This document shows, piece after piece, positions 1 through 13,700 of a stretch of 64,000 nucleotides of DNA (positions are counted from its first letter, which is position 1; every line of letters begins with the position of its first letter). The translations under genes were made by a program, and so were the position numbers. The notes below the pieces were generated by a model, which saw only the letters and a list, made by a program, of their open reading frames with translations, had not been told where the DNA came from and searched no databases. Source of the stretch: Eledone cirrhosa (lineage: Eukaryota); NCBI GenBank assembly GCA_964016885.1, contig OZ024740.1:290780001-290844000 (forward strand), read 5' to 3'.

Positions 1-194
1 CCAAAAAAATCGGATTCCCAAATAAAAAACGGATCCCCAAATTGAAAACGGCCCCCCTCCCAAATAAAAAAACTCCCCCACCCCCCCACCCCAATAAAAA
101 ACAGATCCCCCCAATAGAAACGGACCCCCAAATAAAAAACGGTCCCCTCCAAATAAAAAAAACCATTCCCAAATAAAAAACGGTCTTCCACCCC

Positions 195-2175
195 GAATAA
201 AAAACATTCCCAAATAAAAAACGGATCCCCAGATAAAAAACGGTCACCCAAATGAAAAATGGACCCTCAAATAAAAAACGACCCCCCCCACCCACCCACA
301 CACACACACACCAAATAAAAAACGGGTCGCCAAATAAAAAACGGACCCCACCCCAATTAAAAAACGGAACTCCCAAATAAAAACGGACACCCCCAAATAA
401 AAAACGGATCCCCAAATAAAAAACGGATCCTCAAATAAAAACGGATACCCCCCAAAAAACGGACCCCCAAATAAAAAACGGATTCCCCCAAATAAAAAAC
501 GGATCCCCAAATTAAAAACGGACACCCTCCCAAATAAATAACGGATCCCCCTTCAATAAAAAACGGATCCCCAAATAAAAAACGGAACCCCAAATAAAAA
601 ACGAATTCCCCCCAAATAAAAAACTGGCACCCCACCCCAAATAAATAACGGAGCCCAAATAAAAATTGGATCACCAAATAAAAAACGGAACCCCCAAATA
701 AAAAACGGATCGCCCAAAATAAAAAACGGATACCCATATAAAAAACGGATCCCCACCCCAAATAAAAAAGGGATCCCCCAATAAAAAACGGATCCACCCA
801 ATAGAAACGGACCCCCAAATAAAAAACGGCGCCCTCCAAATAAAAAACCCATTCCCAAATAAAAAACGGTCCTCCACCCCAAATAAAAAACGGATCGATT
901 TCCAAATAAAAAATGTATCCCCAAATAAAAAACGGACACCCAAATAAAAAACATTCCCAAATAAAAAACGGATCCCCAAATAAAAAACGGTCACCCAAAT
1001 GAAAAATGGACCCCCAAATAAAAAAAGGATCCCCCCCCCCCACACACACACACCAAATAAAAAACGGGTCGCCAAATAAAAAACGGACCCCACTCCAATT
1101 AAAAAACGGAACTCCCAAATAAAAACGGACACCCCCAAATAAAAAACGGATCCCCAAATAAAAAACGGATCCTCAAATAAAAACGGATCCCCAAATAAAG
1201 AACGGACCCCCAAATAAAAAACGGATTCCCCCAAATAAAAAACGTATCCCCAAATTAAAAACGGACACCCTCCCAAATAAAAAACGGATCCCCCTTCAAT
1301 AAAAAACGGTTCCCCAAATAAAAAACGGACCCCCAAATAAAAAAAGGAATTCCCCCCAAATAAAAAACTGGCACCCCACCCCAAATAAATAACGGAGCCC
1401 AAATAAAAATTGGATCACCAAATAAAAAACGGAACCCCCAAATAAAAAACGGATCGCCCAAAATAAAAAACGGATACCCATATAAAAAACGGATCCCCAC
1501 CCCAAATAAAAAAGGGATCCCCCAATAAAAAACGGATCCACCCAATAGAAACGGACCCCCAAATAAAAAACGGCGCCCTCCAAATAAAAAACCCATTCCC
1601 AAATAAAAAACGGTCCTCCACCCCAAATAAAAAACGGATCGATTTCCAAATAAAAAATGTATCCCCAAATAAAAAACGGACACCCAAATAAAAAACATTC
1701 CCAAATAAAAAACGGATCCCCAAATAAAAAACGGTCACCCAAATGAAAAATGGACCCCCAAATAAAAAACGACCCCCCCCCCCCCACACACACACACCAA
1801 ATAAAAAACGGGTCGCCAAATAAAAAACGGACCCCACTCCAATTAAAAAACGGAACTCCCAAATAAAAACGGACACCCCCAAATAAAAAACGGATCCCCA
1901 AATAAAAAACGGATCCTCAAATAAAAACGGATCCCCAAATAAAAAACGGACCCCCAAATAAAAAACGGATTCCCCCAAATAAAAAACGTATCCCCAAATT
2001 ACAAACGGACACCCTCCCAAATAAAAAACGGATCCCCCTTCAATAAAAAACGGATCCCCAAATAAAAAACGGACCCCCAAATAAAAAAAGGAATTCCCCC
2101 CAAATAAAAAACTGGCACCCCACCCCAAATAAATAACGGAGCCCAAATAAAAATTGGATCACCAAATAAAAAACG
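195..2175 (+). repeat. 744-bp higher-order repeat, about 2.6 tandem copies
   Basis: CTGGCAC marker at 624, 1368 and 2112 (exact 744 spacing). CGGTCACCC at 241, 988 and 1732. Near-identical ORFs 671..1402 and 1415..2146. Confidence 0.92.
297..310 (+). repeat. (CA)n microsatellite embedded in a monomer tail after a poly-C run (first of about 30+ copies in the window)
   Basis: (CA)7 here. The same context recurs near 1040, 1785, 4918, 5493, 8483, 12176, 19441, 22309, 27525, 32093, 33420 and later. Confidence 0.9.
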
Positions 2176-4139
2176 GACACCCAAATAATAAACGAATACC
2201 CAAATAAAAAATGGACCCCTAAATATAAAACGGAGACCCAAATAAAAAACGGACACCCAAATATAAAACGGATCCCCCAAATAAAAAACGGATGCCCCCA
2301 AAAAACGGACATCAAAATAAAAGAATAAAAACGGATCCCCCTTCAATAAAAAACGGATCCCCATATAAAAAACGGACGCCCCCCAAAAAAATATCAAAAA
2401 CGGATTTCCAAATAAAAAACAGATCCCCCACCCCAAATAAAAAACGGATCGATGCCCTAATAAAAAACGGGACCCACAATAAAAAACGGATCCCACCATA
2501 TAAACGGATAACCATATAAAAAACGTGCCCCACCCAAATAAAAAACGGACCCCCCCCCCCACGAATAAAAAACGGACCCCCAAATACAAAACGGATTCCC
2601 CCCAAATAAAAAACGGGCCCTCCAACCCAAATAAATAACGGAGCCCAAATAAAAAATGGATCACCAAATAAAAAACGGAACCCCCAAATAAAAAACGGAT
2701 CGCCCAAAATAAAAAACGGATACCCATATAAAAAACGGATACCCACCCCAAATAAAAAAGGGATCCCCCAATAAAAAAATGGACCCCTAAATAAAAAACG
2801 GACACCCAAATAAAAAACGGACACCCAAATAAAAAACGGACACCCAAATAAAAGACGGATCCCCATATAAAAAACGGACCCCCACCCCAAATAAAAAAGG
2901 GATCCCCCAATAAAAACCGGACCCCCCCCCCCCAAATAAAAAACGGATATCCCCCAATAGAAAACGGACCCCCAAATAGAAAACGGCCCCCTCCAAATAA
3001 AAAACCCATTCCCAAATAAAGAACGGTCCTCCACCCCAAATAAAAAACGGATCGATCCCCAAATAAAAAAAATGTATCCCCAAATAAAAAACGGACACCC
3101 AAATAAAAAACGGACCCCCCAAATAAAAAACTAACCCCCAAATAAAAAAAATGGACCCCCCCATATAAAAAACTGATCCCCAAATAAAAACGGATCCCCA
3201 AATAAAAGACGGATCCCCAAATAAAAACGGATCCCCAAATAAAATACAAATCCCCATATAAAAACGGACCCCCCCAAAAAAAAATCGGATTCCCAAATAA
3301 AAAACGGACCCCCCAAATAAAAAACTGACCACCAAATAAAAAAAATGGACCCTCCCAAATTAAAAACGGATCCTCAAATAAAAACGGATCCCCAAATAAA
3401 AGACGGATCCCCAGATAAAAACGGATCCCCAAGTAAAAGACAGATCCCCATCTAAAAACGGACACCCCCCCCCAAAATAAAATCGGAATCCCAAATAAAG
3501 AACGGATCCCCAAATTAAAAACGGCCCACCTCCCAAATAAAAAACGCACCCCCACCCCAATAAAAAACGGATCCCCCCCAATAGAAAAGGAGCCCCAAAT
3601 AAAAAAAGGCCCCCTCCAAATAAAAAACCCATTCCCAAATAAAAAACGGTCCTCCACCCCAAATAAAAAACGGATCGATCTCCAATTAAAAAATGTATCC
3701 CCAAATAAAAAACGGACACCCAAATAAAAAACATTCGCAAATAAAAAACGGGTCGCCAAATAAAAAACGGACCCCACCCCAATTAAAAAACGGAACTCCC
3801 AAATAAAAACGGACACCCCCAAATAAAAAACGGGTCCCCAAATAAAAAACGGATCCTCAAATAAAAACGGATCCCCAAATAAAAAACGGACCCCCAAATA
3901 AAAAACGGATTCCCCCAAATAAAAAACGGATCCCCAAATTAAAAACGGACACCCTCCCAAATAAAAAACGGATCCACCTTCAATAAAAAACGGATCCCCA
4001 AATAAAAACGGACCCCCAAATAAAAAACGAATTCCCCCCAAATAAAAAAACTGGCACCCCACCCCAAATAAATAACGGAGCCCAAATAAAAATTGGATCA
4101 CCAAATAAAAAACGGACACCCAAATAAAAAACGGATACC

Positions 4140-7090
4140 CAAATAAAAAATGGACCCCTAAATATAAAACGAAGACCCAAAAAAAAAACGGACACCCAAA
4201 TATAAAACGGATCCCCCTAATAGAAAACGGATCCCCCCAAAAAAACGGACATCAAAATAAAAGAATAAAAACGGATCCCCCTTCAATAAAAAACGGATCC
4301 CCATATAAAAAACGGACGCCCCCCCAAAAAAATATCAAAAACGGATTTCCAAATAAAAAACAGATCCCCCACCCCAAATAAAAAACGGATCGATGCCCAA
4401 ATAAAAACGGGACCCACAATAAAAAACGGATCCCACCATATAAACGGATAACCATATAAAAAACGGACCCCACCCAAATAAAAAACGGATCCACCCCACA
4501 AATAAAAAACGGACACCCAAATAAAAAACTGACCACCAAATAAAAAAAATGGACCCCCCCGAAATAAAAAACGAATCCCCAAATAAAAACGGATCACCAA
4601 ATAAAAGACGGATCCCCAAATAAAAAACGGAGACCCAAATAAAAAACGGACACCCAAATATAAAACGGATCCCCCAAATTAAAAACGGACACCCTCCCAA
4701 ATAAAAAACGGATCCCCCTTCAATAAAAAACGGATCCCCAAATAAAAAACCGTCCTCCACCCCAAATAAAAAACGGATCGATCTCCAAATAAAAAATGTA
4801 TCCCCAAATAAAAAACGGACACCCAAATAAAAAACATTCCCAAATAAAAAAGGGATCCCCAAATAAAAAACGGTCACCCAAATGAGAAATGGACCCCCAA
4901 ATAAAAAACGATCCCCCCACACACACACACACCAAATAAAAAACGGGTCGCCAAATAAAAAACGGACCCCACACCAATTAAAAAACGGAACTCCCAAATA
5001 AAAACGGATACCCCCAAATAAAAAACGGATCCTCAAATAAAAACGGATCCCCAAATAAAAAACGGACCCCCAAATAAAAAACGGATTCCCCCAAATAAAA
5101 ACGGATCCCGAAATTAAAAACGGACACCCTCCCAAATAAAAAACGGATCCCCCTTCAATAAAAAACGGATCCCCAAATAAAAACGGATCCCCAAATAAAA
5201 AACGGAGACCCAAATAAAAAACGGACACCCAAATATAAAACGGATCCCCCAAATTAAAAACGGACACCCTCCCAAATAAAAAACGGATCCCCCTTCAATA
5301 AAAAACGGATCCCCAAATAAAAAACCGTCCTCCACCCCAAATAAAAAACGGATCGATCTCCAAATAAAAAATGTATCCCCAAATAAAAAACGGACACCCA
5401 AATAAAAAACATTCCCAAATAAAAAACGGATCCCCAAATAAAAAACGGTCACCCAAATGAGAAATGGACCCCCAAATAAAAAACGATCCCCCCCACACAC
5501 ACACACACCAAATAAAAAACGGGTCGCCAAATAAATAACGGACCCCACACCAATTAAAAAACGGAACTCCCAAATAAAAACGGATACCCCCAAATAAAAA
5601 ACGGATCCTCAAATAAAAACGGATCCCCAAATAAAAAACGGACCCCCAAATAAAAAACGGATTCCCCCAAATAAAAACGGATCCCGAAATTAAAAACGGA
5701 CACCCTCCCAAATAAAAAACGGATCCCCCTTCAATAAAAAACGGATCCCCAAATAAAAACGGACCCCCAAATAAAAAACGAATTCCCCCCAAATAAAAAA
5801 CTGGCACCCCACCCCAAATAAATAAAGGAGCCCAAATAAAAATTGGATCACCAAATATAAAACGGAGACCCAAATAAAAAACGGATCCCCCATATAAAAA
5901 ACGGACCCCCCCGAAAAAAAATATCAAAAATGGATTTCCAAATAAAAAACAGATCCCCCACCCCAAATAAAAAACGGACACCCAAATAAAAAATGGACCC
6001 CTAAATATAAAACGAAGACCCAAATAAAAAACGGACACCCAAATATAAAACGGATCCCCCAAATAGAAAACGGATCCCCCCCAAAAAACGGACATCAAAA
6101 TAAAAGAATAAAAACGGATCCCCCTTCAATAAAAAACGGATCCCCATATAAAAAACGGACGCCCCCCAAAAAAATATCAAAAACGGATTTCCAAATAAAA
6201 AACAGATCCCCCACCCCAAATAAAAAACGGATCGATGCCCAAATAAAAACGGGACCCACAATAAAAAACGGATCCCACCATATAAACGGATAACCATATA
6301 AAAAACGGACCCCACCCAAATAAGAAACGGATCCACCCCACAAATAAAAAACGGACACCCAAATAAAAAACTGACCACCAAATAAAAAAAATGGACCCCC
6401 CCGAAATAAAAAACGGATCCCCAAATAAAAACGGATCACCAAATAAAAGACGGATCCCCAAATAAAAAACGGAGACCCAAATAAAAAACGGACACCCAAA
6501 TATAAAACGGATCCCCCAAATTAAAAACGGACACCCTCCCAAATAAAAAACGGATCCCCCTTCAATAAAAAACGGATCCCCAAATAAAAAACGGATCGAT
6601 CTCCAAATAAAAAATGTATCCCCAAATAAAAAACGGACACCCAAATAAAAAACATTCCCAAATAAAAAACGGATCCCCAAATAAAAAACGGTCACCCAAA
6701 TGAGAAATGGACCCCCAAATAAAAAACGATCCCCCCCCCCACACACACAAAAAAATAAAAAACGGGTCGCCAAATAAAAAACGGACCCCACACCAATTAA
6801 AAAACGGAACTCCCAAATAAAAACGGACACCCCCAAATAAAAAACGGATCCTCAAATAAAAACGGATCCCCAAATAAAAAACGGACCCCCAAATAAAAAA
6901 CGGATTCCCCCAAATAAAAACGGATCCCGAAATTAAAAACGGACACCCTCCCAAATAAAAAACGGATCCCCCTTCAATAAAAAACGGATCCCCAAATAAA
7001 AACGGACCCCCAAATAAAAAACGAATTCCCCCCAAATAAAAAACTGGCACCCCACCCCAAATAAATAAAGGAGCCCAAATAAAAATTGGA
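4140..7090 (+). repeat. Older ~1.84-kb-offset duplication (from ~4140 recurring from ~5985) that brackets the 575-bp duplication
   Basis: ORF coordinates offset by 1842 (4539/6381, 4657/6499, 4335/6177, 4720/6562). Shared variants GAAGACCC, GGATCCACCCCAC, ATGAGAAATGG and GGATCCCGAAATT. Confidence 0.75.
4670..5770 (+). repeat. 575-bp tandem duplication
   Basis: Private variant AAACCGTCCTCC with CCG at 4750 and 5325. ORF ends at 4720 and 5295 are offset by 575. Confidence 0.85.
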
Positions 7091-7709
7091 TCACCAAATA
7101 TAAAACGGAGACCCAAATAAAAAACGGATCCCCCATATAAAAAACGGACACCCAAATAAAAAACGGATTTCCCCCAAATAAATAACGGACCCCCTCCCAA
7201 TTATAAAACGGACCCCCAAATAAAAAACGGATTCCCCCCAAATAAAAAACGGTTCCCCCACCCCAAATAAATAACGGAGCCCAAATAAAAAATGGATCCC
7301 CAAATAAAAAACGGACACCCAAATAAAAAACGGACACCCAAATAAAAAACGGACACCCAAATAAAAGACGGATCCCCATATAAAAAAAGGACCCCCACCC
7401 CCCCAAAAAAATACGGATTTCCAAGTAAAAAAAGTATCCCCCACTCAAATAAAAAAAGGTTCGATGCCCAAATAAAAAACGGAACCCCCAAATAAAATAC
7501 GGATCGCCCAAAATAAAAAACGGATTACCATATTAAAAACGGACCCCCACCCCAAATAAAAAAGGGATCCCCCGATAAAAAAAGGACCCCCCCCCAATAA
7601 AAAACGGATCCCCCCAATAGAAAACGGACCCCCAAATAAAATATGGACACCCAAATAAAAACGGACCCCCAAATAAAAAACGGCCCCGCAAATAAAAGAA
7701 ATGGATCCC

Positions 7710-10700
7710 CCCAAATAAAAAACTGATCCCCAAATAAAAACGGATCCCCAAATAAAAGACGGATCCCCATATAAAAACGGACGCCCCCCCCAAAAAAAAA
7801 TATCGGATTCCCAAATAAAAATCGGATCCCCAAATTAAAAACGGCCCCCCCTCCCAAATAAAAAACGCCCCCCCCCCCCCCCCAATAAAAAACGAATCCC
7901 CCCCCCAAAAAAACGGACAGCCAAATAAAAACGGATACTCAATTAAAAAACGTATCCCCAAATAAAAAACGGATTCCCCCAAATAAATAACGGAGCCCAA
8001 ATAAAAATTGGATCCCCAAATAAAAAACGGACCCCCGCGAATAAACGACGGACACCCAAATAAAAAAATGGACGCCTAAATAAAAAACGGACACCCAAAT
8101 AAAAAACGGACACCCAAATAAAAGCCGGATCCCCATATAAAAAATGGACCCCCCCCCCAAAAAAAAAAAAATAAAATACGGATTTCCAAGTAAAAAACGG
8201 ATCCCCCACGCCAAATAAAAAAAGGTTCGATGACCAAATAAAAAACGGAACCCCCAAATAAAAAACGGATACCCATATAAAAAACGGATCACCACCCCAA
8301 ATAAAAAAGGGATCCCCCAATAAAAAACGGATCCCCCCAATAGAAACGGACCCCCAAATAAAAAACGGCCCCCTCCAAATAAAAAACCCATTCCCAAATA
8401 AAAAACGGTCCTCCACCCCAAATAAAAAACGGTCACCCAAATGAAAAATGGACCCCCAAATAAAAAACGATCCCCCCCCCCCCACACACACACCAAATAA
8501 AAAACGGGTCGCCAAATAAAAAACGGACCCCACCCCAATTAAAAAACGGAACTCCCAAATAAAAACGGACACCCCCAAATAAAAACCGGATCCCCAAATA
8601 AAAAACGGATCCTCAAATAAAAACGGATCCCCAAATAAAAAACGGACCCCCAAATAAAAAACGGATTCCCCCAAATAAAAAACGGATCCCCAAATTAAAA
8701 ACGGACACCCTCCCAAATAAAAAACGGATCCCCTTCAATAAAAAACGGATCCCCAAATAAAAAACGGACCCCCAAATAAAAAACGAATTCCCCCCAAATA
8801 AAAAACTGGCACCCCACCCCAAATAAATAACGGAGCCCAAATAAAAATTGGATCACCAAATGAAAAACGGATATCCACCCCAAATAAAAAAGGGATCCCC
8901 CAATAAAAAACGGATCCCCCCCAATAGAAACGGATCCCCAAATAAAAAACGGCCCCCTCCAAATAAAAAACACATTCCCAAATAAAAAACGGTCCTCCAC
9001 CCCAAATAAAAAACGGATCGTTGTCCAAATAAAAAATGTATCCCCAAATAAAAAACGGACACCCAAATAAAAAACATTCCCAAATAAAAGACGGATCCCC
9101 ATATAAAAACGGACGCCCCCCCCAAAAAAAATATCGGATTCCCAAATAAAAAACGGATCCCCAAATTAAAAACGCCCCCCCCCCCTCCCAAATAAAAAAC
9201 GCCCCCCTCCCAATAAAAAACGAATCCCCCCCAAAAAAACGGACAGCCAAATAAAAACGGATACTCAATTAAAAAACGTATCCCCAAATAAATAACGGAG
9301 CCCAAATAAAAATTGGATCCCCAAATAAAAAACGGACCCCCGCGAATAAACGACGGACACCCAAATAAAAAAATGGACCCCTAAATAAAAAACGGACACC
9401 CAAATAAAAAACAGACACCCAAATAAAAAACGGACACCCAAATAAAAGCCGGATCCCCATATAAAAATGGAACACCCCCAAAAAAAAAAAAATAAAATAC
9501 AGATTTCCAAGTAAAAAACGGATCCCCCACGCCAAATAAAAAAAGGTTCGATGACCGGAAAAAAAAACAGAAAAAACGGAACCCCCAAATAAAAAACGGA
9601 TCGCCCAAAATAAAAAACGGATACCCATATAAAAAACGGATCACCACCCCAAATAAAAAAGGGATCCCCCAATAAAAAACGGATCCCCAAATAAAAAACG
9701 GACACCCAAATGAAAAACATTCCCAAATAAAAAACGGCCCCCTCCAAATAAAAAACACATTCCCAAATAAAAAACGGTCCTCCACCCCAAATAAAAAACG
9801 GATCGTTGTCCAAATAAAAAATGTATCCCCAAATAAAAAACGGACACCCAAATAAAAAACATTCCCAAATAAAAGACGGATCCCCATATAAAAACGGACG
9901 CCCCCCCCAAAAAAAATATCGGATTCCCAAATAAAAAACGGATCCCCAAATTAAAAACGCCCCCCCCCCCCCCCTCCCAAATAAAAAACGCCCCCCTCCC
10001 AATAAAAAACGAATCCCCCCCAAAAAAACGGACAGCCAAATAAAAACGGATACTCAATTAAAAAGCGTATCCCCAAATAAATAACGGAGCCCAAATAAAA
10101 ATTGGATCCCCAAATAAAAAACGGACCCCCGCGAATAAACGACGGACACCCAAATAAAAAAATGGACCCCTAAATAAAAAACGGACACCCAAATAAAAAA
10201 CAGACACCCAAATAAAAAACGGACACCCAAATAAAAGCCGGATCCCCATATAAAAATGGAACACCCCCAAAAAAAAAAAAATAAAATACAGATTTCCAAG
10301 TAAAAAACGGATCCCCCACGCCAAATAAAAAAAGGTTCGATGACCGGAAAAAAAAACAGAAAAAACGGAACCCCCAAATAAAAAACGGATCGCCCAAAAT
10401 AAAAAACGGATACCCATATAAAAAACGGATCACCACCCCAAATAAAAAAGGGATCCCCCAATAAAAAACGGATCCCCAAATAAAAAACGGACACCCAAAT
10501 GAAAAACATTCCCAAATAAAAAACGGATCCCCAAATAAAAAACGGTCACCCAAATGAAAAATGGACCCCCAAATAAAAAACGATCCCCCCCACTACACAC
10601 ATACACCAAATAAAAAACGGGTCGCCAAATAAAAAACGGACCCCACCCCAATTAAAAAACGGAACTCCCAAATAAAAACGGACAACCCCAAATAAAAAAC

Positions 10701-13700
10701 GGGTCCCCAAATAAAAAACGGATCCTCAAATAAAAACGGATCCCCAAATAAAAAACGGACCCCCAAATAAAAAACGGATTCCCCCAAATAAAAAACGGAT
10801 CCCCAAATTAAAAACGGACACCCTCCCAAATAAAAAACGGATCCACCTTCAATAAAAAACGGATCCCCAAATAAAAAACGGACCCCCAAATAAAAAACGA
10901 ATTCCCCCCAAATAAAAAACTGGCACCCCATCCCAAATAAATAACGGAGCCCAAATCAAAATTGGATCACCAAATAAAAAACGGACACCCAAATAAAAAA
11001 CAGATACCCAAATAAAAAATGGACCCCTAAATAAAAACGAAGACCCAAATAAAAAACGGACACCCAAATATAAAACAGATCCCCCAAATAAAAAACGGAT
11101 CCCCCCCAAAAAACGGACATCAAAATAAAAGAAGGATCCCCATATAAAAAACGGACCCCCAAAAAAAATATCAAAAACAGATTTCCAAATAAAAAACAGA
11201 TCCCCCACCCCAAATAAAAAACGGATCGATACCCAAATAAAAAACGGGACCCACAATAAAAAACGGATCCCACCATATAAACGGATAACCATAAAAAAAA
11301 CGGACCCCACCCAAATAAAAAACGGATCCCCCCCACAAATAAAAAACGGACACCCAAATAAAAAACGGATTTCCCCCAAATAAATAACGGACCCCCTCCC
11401 AAATAAAAAACGGACCCCCAAATAAAAAACGGATTCCCCCCAAATAAAAAACTGATCCCCAAATAAAAACGGATCCCCAAATAAAAGACGGATCCCCATA
11501 TAAAAACGGACGCCACCCCCAAAAAAAAATATCGGATTCCCAAATAAAAATCGGATCCCCAAATTAAAAACGGCCCCCCCTCCCAAATAAAAAACGCCCC
11601 GCCCCCCCCCCCCCCCCCCCCCAATAAAAAACGAATCCCCCCCCAAAAAAACGGACAGCCAAATAAAAACGGATACTCAATTAAAAAACGTATCCCCAAA
11701 TAAAAAACGGATTCCCCCAAATAAATAACGGAGCCCAAATAAAAATTGGATCCCCAAATAAAAAACGGACCCCCGCGAATAAACGACGGACACCCAAATA
11801 AAAAAATGGACGCCTAAATAAAAAACGGACACCCAAATAAAAAACGGACACCCAAATAAAAGCCGGATCCCCATATAAAAAATGGACCCCCCCCCCAAAA
11901 AAAAAATAAAATACGGATTTCCAAGTAAAAAACGGATCCCCCACGCCAAATAAAAAACGGATACCCATATAAAAAACGGATCACCACCCCAAATAAAAAA
12001 GGGATCCCCCAATAAAAAACGGATCCCCCCCAATAGAAACGGACCCCCAAATAAAAAACGGCCCCCTCCAAATAAAAAACCCATTCCCAAATAAAAAACG
12101 GTCCTCCACCCCAAATAAAAAACGGTCACCCAAATGAAAAATGGACCCCCAAATAAAAAACGATCCCCCCCCCCCCACACACACACACCAAATAAAAAAC
12201 GGGTCGCCAAATAAAAAACGGACCCCACCCCAATTAAAAAACGGAACTCCCAAATAAAAACGGACACCCCCAAATAAAAAACGGATCCCCAAATAAAAAA
12301 CGGATCCTCAAATAAAAACGGATCCCCAAATAAAAAACGGACCCCCAAATAAAAAACGGATTCCCCCAAATAAAAAACGGATCCCCAAATTAAAAACGGA
12401 CACCCTCCCAAATAAAAAACGGATCCCCTTCAATAAAAAACGGATCCCCAAATAAAAAACGGACCCCCAAATAAAAAACGAATTCCCCCCAAATAAAAAA
12501 CTGGCACCCCACCCCAAATAAATAACGGAGCCCAAATAAAAATTGGATCACCAAATAAAAAACGGATATCCACCCCAAATAAAAAAGGGATCCCCCAATA
12601 AAAAACGGATCCCCCCCCAATAGAAACGGATCCCCAAATAAAAAACGGCCCCCTCCAAATAAAAAACACATTCCCAAATAAAAAACGGTCCTCCACCCCA
12701 AATAAAAAACGGATCGTTGTCCAAATAAAAAATGTATCCCCAAATAAAAAACGGACACCCAAATAAAAAACATTCCCAAATAAAAGACGGATCCCCATAT
12801 AAAAACGGAAGCCCCCCCCAAAAAAAATATCGGATTCCCAAATAAAAAACGGATCCCCAAATTAAAAACGGCCCCCCCCTCCCAAATAAAAAACGCCCCC
12901 CTCCCAATAAAAAACGAATCCCCCCCAAAAAAACGGACAGCCAAATAAAAACGGATACTCAATTAAAAAACGTATCCTCAAATAAATAACGGAGCCCAAA
13001 TAAAAATTGGATCCCCAAATAAAAAACGGACCCCCGCGAATAAACGACGGACACCCAAATAAAAAAATGTACCCCTAAATAAAAAACGGACACCCAAATA
13101 AAAAACAGACACCCAAATAAAAAACGGACACCCAAATAAAAGCCGGATCCCCATATAAAAATGGAACACCCCCAAAAAAAAAAAGATAAAATACAGATTT
13201 CCAAGTAAAAAACGGATCCCCCACGCCAAATAAAAAAAGGTTCGATGACCGGAAAAAAAAACAGAAAAAACGGAACCCCCAAATAAAAAACGGATCGCCC
13301 AAAATAAAAAACGGATACCCATATAAAAAACGGATCACCACCCCAAATAAAAAAGGGATCCCCCAATAAAAAACGGATCCCCCCAATAGAAACGGACTCC
13401 CAAATATAAAACGGCCCCCTCCAAATAAAAAACCCATTCCCAAATAAAAAACGGCCCCCACCCCAAATAAAAAACGGATCGATCTCCAAATAAAAAATGT
13501 ATCCCCAAATAAAAAATGGACACCCAAATGAAAAACATTCCCAAATAAAAAACGGATCCCCAAATAAAAAACGGTCACCCAAATGAAAAATGGACCCCCA
13601 AATAAAAAACGATCCCCCCCACTACACACATACACCAAATAAAAAACGGGTCGCCAAATAAAAAACGGACCCCACCCCAATTAAAAAACGGAACTCCCAA

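Noticed and set aside
7457-7475. GGTTCGATGCCC resembles a tRNA T-loop / Pol III B-box (GTTCGA) or the TTCG of a CENP-B box
   Set aside because: It is a single-base variant of the GGATCGATGCCC monomer. There is no cloverleaf or A-box, and the CENP-B box A and CGGG positions are missing.
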